Positions 59,051-64,000 of a stretch of 64,000 nt of DNA are shown here, one piece after another. The notes under the pieces are model-generated. The model was not told the DNA's origin and did no database searches. It was given only the letters and a program-made list of their open reading frames with translations. The stretch's first letter is position 1, and each line of letters begins with the position of its first letter. Both the position numbers and the translations under genes were made by a program. The stretch is taken from the NCBI GenBank assembly GCA_965226495.1, contig OZ245365.1, positions 3,008,001 to 3,072,000 of the forward strand. Reading direction: 5' to 3'. The stretch is from Candidatus Marinacidobacterales bacterium (lineage in GTDB: Bacteria; Acidobacteriota; Vicinamibacteria; Marinacidobacterales; DATDRI01).

Positions 59051-59197
59051 TCCTCCTCTTGAAGATAGGTATTCGCCTCGGGAAGTCTCGTTCGGTACCA
59101 ACACCCCCGGTCTAGACGAGCGCCTCCCGGCGGATAGAGGTCGTCATGCGGCGCAGGCCAACGTGATTGCATACAGTATTCGATTAGCCTAGGGCAG

Positions 59198-59227
59198 CGT
59201 ATATCACGTGCGAACATCTAGCGTCAA
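59198..59227 (-). promoter_or_regulatory. Putative sigma70 promoter for the second TBDR operon
   Basis: Minus strand TTGACG-N18-TATACG with TG extension. Confidence 0.4.
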
Positions 59228-59239
59228 GGCCCGAACCGA

Positions 59240-59476
59240 CTACAGGGGCTCGAAGCACCCGCGGCCGGGACGACAGTCCTCGCGGTCTGCCGGCTTTCCA
59301 TCCGGCCCCAGGCAGTTCATGGTATGAATGCACCACACGATGCCGTCACTCGGGTGAGGGACGTCGGGATCCGGCTCGACCTCGATGAAGAGGCCCTTCC
59401 ACCGCAAGCACCGGCAGCGCTCACTCGTCTTTACGAGGTCAATCCCCATCGGCCCCATCGGCCCCATTGGTGCCAT
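59240..59476 (-). CDS. Small Cys-rich hypothetical protein
   Basis: ATG 4 nt after the Xdh stop with GGAGG SD; six Cys in 78 aa (CRCLRWK, WC, CLGPDG, CRPGRGC). Confidence 0.7.
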   Translation of the reverse strand: MAPMGPMGPMGIDLVKTSERCRCLRWKGLFIEVEPDPDVPHPSDGIVWCIHTMNCLGPDGKPADREDCRPGRGCFEPL

Positions 59477-59480
59477 GGGC

Positions 59481-61601
59481 TCAAGCCTCCTTCTCCAAAG
59501 CGGCAATGACCCGCTCCGCCGTCAGCGGCAGTTGCGGTACGCGCACTCCGATCGCGTTCGCGACCGCATTCGAGAGGGCGGCACCCGGCGAGATAACCGA
59601 AGGTTCGCCCATGCCGATGACGCCTCGCTCGTCGAATCCAGGACCGGTCATCAAGTGAACGACGACCTCGCCGATGTCTCCGATCCCGGGAAGCTTGTAG
59701 AACTCCAAGTCGGCGTTGAGCAAACGACCGGTCACCGGGTCGAATATCTTTTCTTCGGTCAGGGCATAGGCGATCCCCATGATGACCGCTCCGTAGACCT
59801 GGCTCTCGGTGGTCTGGAGATCGATGATGAGGCCGCAATCTTGCACCGCCGCAAACTTGTTGATGCGCACCACGCCCGTTTCCATGTCCACCGACACGTC
59901 TGCCATCTGGACGCCGCCGGTACCGCTGTCGTTGAGCTTGCCCGGGCCCGGGTTGCCACCGGTAACGGTAATGGGATTAACACCGAGCTTCGACGCCGCC
60001 TCTTTCCAGCTCAGTCTCCGGGCAGGGTCGGCTTTGACTCGAATCACTCCCTCCCTGGCTTCGAGATCGTCCGCGGTGGCCTCGAGATAGGGAGCGATTC
60101 TCTCGAAAAACTGCTCCCGAGCATCTAGCGCTCCCCGACGAGACGAGCCTGTCACGCCTCCCACCGTGGTACTCCCTCCCGACGGCCCCGACGCCACGTA
60201 GCGGCTGTCGCCGAGGGAAACTTTCACCGACTCGAGCGGGATACCGAAAGTCTCCGCCACGACGATGCCCACCACGGTGCGCGTGCCGGTTCCAATATCT
60301 TGGCTGGCGAGTCGGGCCTCCACCAGACCGTCCGGGTACACGATGACTTCGCAGTTGCTTCGGTGGGCGCGCCCGCCGAAGGTGTGCATCGACATACCCA
60401 AGCCGCGTCGGATCGCACCACTCCCCTCGCCCCGTGGATGCCAGTTCTTCTTCCAGTCGATGAGCTCTGCCGCCTTGTGGATTTCCTTTTCTAGATCGGC
60501 CGCGCGGGATCCGGTGGCCGAGATGTTCTTGAGAAAGAAATCCATCGGATCCATCTGAAGCTCGGCGGCCAGGTCTTCGAGCGCCGCCATCGTGATGAGG
60601 CAGCCCTGAGGATGATTCGGCGCCCGCCAGGCGCGCGCGGCGCCGACGTTGGCGGGAACGGACGTATGTTGATGGGACTGGTTCGCGAACCGAAAGGGGT
60701 ACGGAAGCAGCGGCGTTCCGGTCCCTTGAACGCCTCCGGTCCCCCAAGACTTCGACGACCATGCGGTGACCGTCCCATCTCTCGATGCCCCTACCTCCAC
60801 TTCGGCAAAAGCGGAGGGCCGGCCTCCGGCGACGGCGAGCTCGGCGTCGCGCTCCAGCATCAGCTTTACCGGGGCGTTCGTTTCTCTGGCCAGTTCCACA
60901 CATTCGATGCCCCAGCGATCGGGACTGAACTTGCTGCCGAAACCCCCACCCAAGTGCTGTGTCACGCAGCGGACGTTCGAGGCGGGTACTCCGACCTTCT
61001 CGGCGATCTGGCCGGGAAGCCCGGAGACGCTTTGGGTGGACGCCCAGACGGTCACGTTTTCCGCGTCCTGCCATTCACTCACTTGGCCGTGTGGCTCGAG
61101 ACAACAGTGAGCGACCATCGGAAGGCCGTACGTGTCCTTGATCTTGAATGCCGCCGCCGTCATCGCCGACGCGGGATCGCCGGTCGTCGCTTGCTGAGCC
61201 GGTTTGGTTTCTGGCGCCGCACCGATGTTCTCCTCGGTCACGTAGTGCGGAAGCACTTCGTACTGGACCTGAATCGCTCGAATCGCATCGCCGGCAATTT
61301 CCTCGGTCGTGGCCGCGACAACCGCGACTTCATCCAGAGACCACTGAATCTCCGCGCCAACGTCCTGTATGACCCGCACCGCCCGGACCCCAGGCATGCT
61401 CTTGGCGGCGGCGACATCGATGCTCGTGATGCGAGCATGGGCGTGCGGGCAACGGAGCACCCTCGCGAAGAGCATCCCGGGCCGATTGATGTCATATGAA
61501 TATTTAGCAGCGCCCGTCGACTTGGCCGGACCGTCGACCCTGGTGAGGCGCTTTCCAATGAGGTGTCGATCTTTCGCTTCTGGCCATTTGTACTCAGCCA
61601 T
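59481..61601 (-). CDS. Xanthine dehydrogenase family molybdopterin-binding subunit
   Basis: RVDGPAK, CPHAHA, LGGGFGSK, WRAP, DIGTGT, SGGS and GMGEP. Confidence 0.92.
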   Translation of the reverse strand: MAEYKWPEAKDRHLIGKRLTRVDGPAKSTGAAKYSYDINRPGMLFARVLRCPHAHARITSIDVAAAKSMPGVRAVRVIQDVGAEIQWSLDEVAVVAATTEEIAGDAIRAIQVQYEVLPHYVTEENIGAAPETKPAQQATTGDPASAMTAAAFKIKDTYGLPMVAHCCLEPHGQVSEWQDAENVTVWASTQSVSGLPGQIAEKVGVPASNVRCVTQHLGGGFGSKFSPDRWGIECVELARETNAPVKLMLERDAELAVAGGRPSAFAEVEVGASRDGTVTAWSSKSWGTGGVQGTGTPLLPYPFRFANQSHQHTSVPANVGAARAWRAPNHPQGCLITMAALEDLAAELQMDPMDFFLKNISATGSRAADLEKEIHKAAELIDWKKNWHPRGEGSGAIRRGLGMSMHTFGGRAHRSNCEVIVYPDGLVEARLASQDIGTGTRTVVGIVVAETFGIPLESVKVSLGDSRYVASGPSGGSTTVGGVTGSSRRGALDAREQFFERIAPYLEATADDLEAREGVIRVKADPARRLSWKEAASKLGVNPITVTGGNPGPGKLNDSGTGGVQMADVSVDMETGVVRINKFAAVQDCGLIIDLQTTESQVYGAVIMGIAYALTEEKIFDPVTGRLLNADLEFYKLPGIGDIGEVVVHLMTGPGFDERGVIGMGEPSVISPGAALSNAVANAIGVRVPQLPLTAERVIAALEKEA

Positions 61602-61659
61602 GGATCGCTCCTTCCCCCGCCACGTCGAGAATAGCCTTGCGAATTCCCATGTAGGTCCC
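61594..61659 (-). pseudogene. C-terminal remnant of the (2Fe-2S)-binding small subunit
   Basis: Reads GTYMGIRKAILDVAGEGAIHG*, the segment that normally follows NLCRC; stop overlaps the Mo-subunit start; upstream CRC is absent. Confidence 0.65.
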
Positions 61660-61793
61660 GGCGATCAACCCGGTGGTCACCGTACCATCGTTTCGGAAAG
61701 TAGTTTGCGAAATACCATGCAGGTGTATGCGAGTCAAGTAGGGACGACCTTATCCTCTAGAGAACATCAAGCCTGGCACACAGTCAAACACCA

Positions 61794-63155
61794 TCAGTCA
61801 GCAATTGACTGATAGGCCAGAACTCGAATTTGGTCATGAAGTCTGTATCTGTTTTGCCAAGACGCTAGCTGGGTCATGACAATAACTATCAGCTCTTCTT
61901 CAGGATCTACATGAAAATATGTGCCAAACGCTCCTCCCCAAAAGTATGCTCCCAATGATCCCAATGTTCCCAATTCAATTAAGTCGGTTGTGACTCCAAC
62001 GTGGAGGCCGTAGCCATAGCTTCCGACTCCCCGTTGGACAGGAGGAAATCTACCGACGTGATCCAACGTCATCAATTCCACAGTCTTACGGCTGAGAACC
62101 CTGGCATCGTCCAACTCGCCCATGTTGAGCAGCATCTGACAAAAACGGACGTAGTCAGTGGCTGTAGAGACGAGGCCTCCCCGGGGAATGAAATAGCGCC
62201 TGGAACCATGAATCCAAGAACTTCTGCTTGGCGAGTCAGCTAGTTTCAGTCCCTCTTCCTCACTCTGGGAATAGACTGAAGTGAGACGAGATGCCTTTTC
62301 CTCCGGAAGAAAAAAATAAGTATCCTCCATCCGCAATTGCGAAAATATCCGTTCCTGGAAAAACCTGTCCAGAGGCATGCCCGAGACGACTTCAACCAGA
62401 TAACCGAGAACATCGGTCGACCAGTTGTATCCCCACTGGGTACCCGGATGGAAGCTTAGCGGCAATGTTGCCAATATTTTCATCGAGTCTGCAAGAGACA
62501 TATCGGGATGCGGATGGCAGGTCTCGGGTCGAAGGAAGGGCTCTAGTTTCTGCTGGAAGAGATCTGCAGTGAGCCATCTCTTATCCTGAGACGTTATTCC
62601 CGAGGTGTGAGTCAATAAATCCATAATTGTGATCTCTCGTTTCGCGGGAACGGTTATGAACTTTGCCCCGCTCTTATCTCCGGGTGGCGGCGGGATGGCA
62701 ACCTTGGGATTCTTGAATTCTGGAATAAATTTCGATATGGGGTCAGACAGTAAGAAATGCCCTTCCTCAAACAGCATCATGACAGCCACAGCTGTAATCG
62801 GTTTTGTCATCGAGGCAATCCGAAAGATGGCGTCCGTGCTCATTGGCTTCCGGGCTTCCAAATCCATCATCCCCAACGCGTCCAGATGGGCAATTCTGCC
62901 GTGCCGGGCAATCAGAATTACGGACCCGGGAATCTCTTGACGATCTATGAATCCTTGAACAACTGGGCGAATTCGCGCCAGCCGTTCTGAGGACATCCCG
63001 ACCTCCTCCGGCTTTGCATTAGGCATACCCAGTGCTCTTGCCTCGACATCGTCGGAAACGGTGTGGCAACTCAACAGCATGACTGCCAAAAAACCGTGAG
63101 TAGATAAGATGAGGCTTTTTGAAATAATGTTGGAGAATCCTAGTTTTGTTAACAT
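61794..63155 (-). CDS. Serine hydrolase (beta-lactamase/AmpC-like family)
   Basis: FRIASMTK (SxxK), LLTHTSG, PGTQWGYN and WGGA; AT-richer segment. Confidence 0.9.
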   Translation of the reverse strand: MLTKLGFSNIISKSLILSTHGFLAVMLLSCHTVSDDVEARALGMPNAKPEEVGMSSERLARIRPVVQGFIDRQEIPGSVILIARHGRIAHLDALGMMDLEARKPMSTDAIFRIASMTKPITAVAVMMLFEEGHFLLSDPISKFIPEFKNPKVAIPPPPGDKSGAKFITVPAKREITIMDLLTHTSGITSQDKRWLTADLFQQKLEPFLRPETCHPHPDMSLADSMKILATLPLSFHPGTQWGYNWSTDVLGYLVEVVSGMPLDRFFQERIFSQLRMEDTYFFLPEEKASRLTSVYSQSEEEGLKLADSPSRSSWIHGSRRYFIPRGGLVSTATDYVRFCQMLLNMGELDDARVLSRKTVELMTLDHVGRFPPVQRGVGSYGYGLHVGVTTDLIELGTLGSLGAYFWGGAFGTYFHVDPEEELIVIVMTQLASWQNRYRLHDQIRVLAYQSIAD

Positions 63156-63235
63156 GAACAATCTCCTCTACAACTCAGATGCAGGCGGATTGGGCGAAAA
63201 ACGTTGTTGTTCAGATTCAAAATGAAAAAGTGAGC

Positions 63236-64000
63236 CTAGCTCGCAGAGCTTCGACCGGCCGGTCCGGTCTCACTCACCATGAACGACAAGAAGACCCCCA
63301 CGCCAAGGGCTGCTCCCAACAAGCCCACCACCACGAAGAACTGTTGGGGCGTCGTCGTATCGTAGCTCCCCAGGATCGATCCCAGGACTGGGGATGCCGC
63401 GATCCCGAAGAAACAACCCACAGAGATGATAAGACCCTCGCACGCGCCGACCTGGTCCTTCGAGACCCCCGGTAGCTCGAGCGGCAAGGCGAACAACAGA
63501 ACCTGAATCGCCGCGAGGCAAAACCCGATCAAAAGGACCATCGCCCAGAAGAGCCACCCCAGGGGAACCACGATCAGACCGAAGAATAGCAGGCAAGTGA
63601 GGAGAGCCGGGCCGATCAAGAACGGTCGACGCCTCCCGACCCGATCGGAAAGTCCGGACACGGAAAGCGCCCCGAACACAAAGCCCACCATCGTTAACGC
63701 AACCACCTGGCCAGCCGTTTCTTCCGCGGCCCCTTTAGCGATCACCAGGTACGGAAAACCGAAGGCCAGCCAGCCCAAAACACCGATCTGAGTCACGGCG
63801 CCGAGTCCGACCAAGAGCCTCACGTCTCGTTGGCTCGCTACCGAGCGAAAACTTCGGAGCATGTCGGCGACTCCTCCCGAAGCGCCATGCCCCGACGCTG
63901 CACGGGAGGATCTTTTGCCGAGGACGAGCCAGGCGAGAAAAGCAACTGTCCCGATCGCACCGGCTGTTAGGAACAGCTCTCCCCATTTCTCGCCGAACAC
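63236..64000 (-). CDS. MFS transporter, 5'-truncated by the window edge
   Basis: Multiple TM segments; LSDRVGRRRPF motif. Confidence 0.85.
   Translation of the reverse strand: MFGEKWGELFLTAGAIGTVAFLAWLVLGKRSSRAASGHGASGGVADMLRSFRSVASQRDVRLLVGLGAVTQIGVLGWLAFGFPYLVIAKGAAEETAGQVVALTMVGFVFGALSVSGLSDRVGRRRPFLIGPALLTCLLFFGLIVVPLGWLFWAMVLLIGFCLAAIQVLLFALPLELPGVSKDQVGACEGLIISVGCFFGIAASPVLGSILGSYDTTTPQQFFVVVGLLGAALGVGVFLSFMVSETGPAGRSSAS

Noticed and set aside
61794-63155. Antibiotic-resistance beta-lactamase call
   Set aside because: The SxxK family is broad; the sequence resembles generic esterase/amidase serine hydrolases, so resistance cannot be supported.
1-64000. tRNA, rRNA, known riboswitches, selenocysteine or stop-codon readthrough, and defence systems
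   Set aside because: None recognised by eye, and no in-frame stop interrupts a conserved domain. Covariance-model searches were not possible, so small RNAs could be missed.

Overview
GC-rich bacterial DNA. Gene content (Oar-like TonB-dependent receptors, many secreted amidohydrolases, a PQQ dehydrogenase, a sulfatase-TPR fusion) suggests Acidobacteriota, but this is inference. From left to right: (i) a TPR lipoprotein gene split by a complete IS3-family element (502-2215, TTC target duplication); (ii) nth and a Tat-exported M19 dipeptidase; (iii) a heavy-metal RND efflux cassette (TolC/MFP/CzcA-CusA) flanked by a 50-bp degenerate direct repeat. It is headed by a His-rich leader ORF ending in RAPP, and that codon region holds a perfect anti-Shine-Dalgarno for the next gene, making it a candidate metal-sensing ribosome-arrest switch; (iv) a ~31-kb run of 24 minus-strand genes headed by a TonB-dependent receptor with a divergent GntR regulator. 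It encodes six amidohydrolases, an NCS1 permease, hydantoinase A plus two B subunits, a hydantoin racemase, an isochorismatase, MBL hydrolases and redox enzymes, and looks like a PUL-like uptake and degradation locus for amide or cyclic-amide compounds; (v) a sulfatase, a deleted esterase, a cytochrome c and a Tat sarcosine-oxidase-like gene; (vi) a second, paralogous TBDR-amidohydrolase-MBL operon; (vii) an Xdh-family Mo subunit whose 2Fe-2S partner survives only as a 21-codon remnant, then a serine hydrolase and a partial MFS gene. A structured intergenic repeat family occurs four times. No rRNA, tRNA or CRISPR array was recognised.
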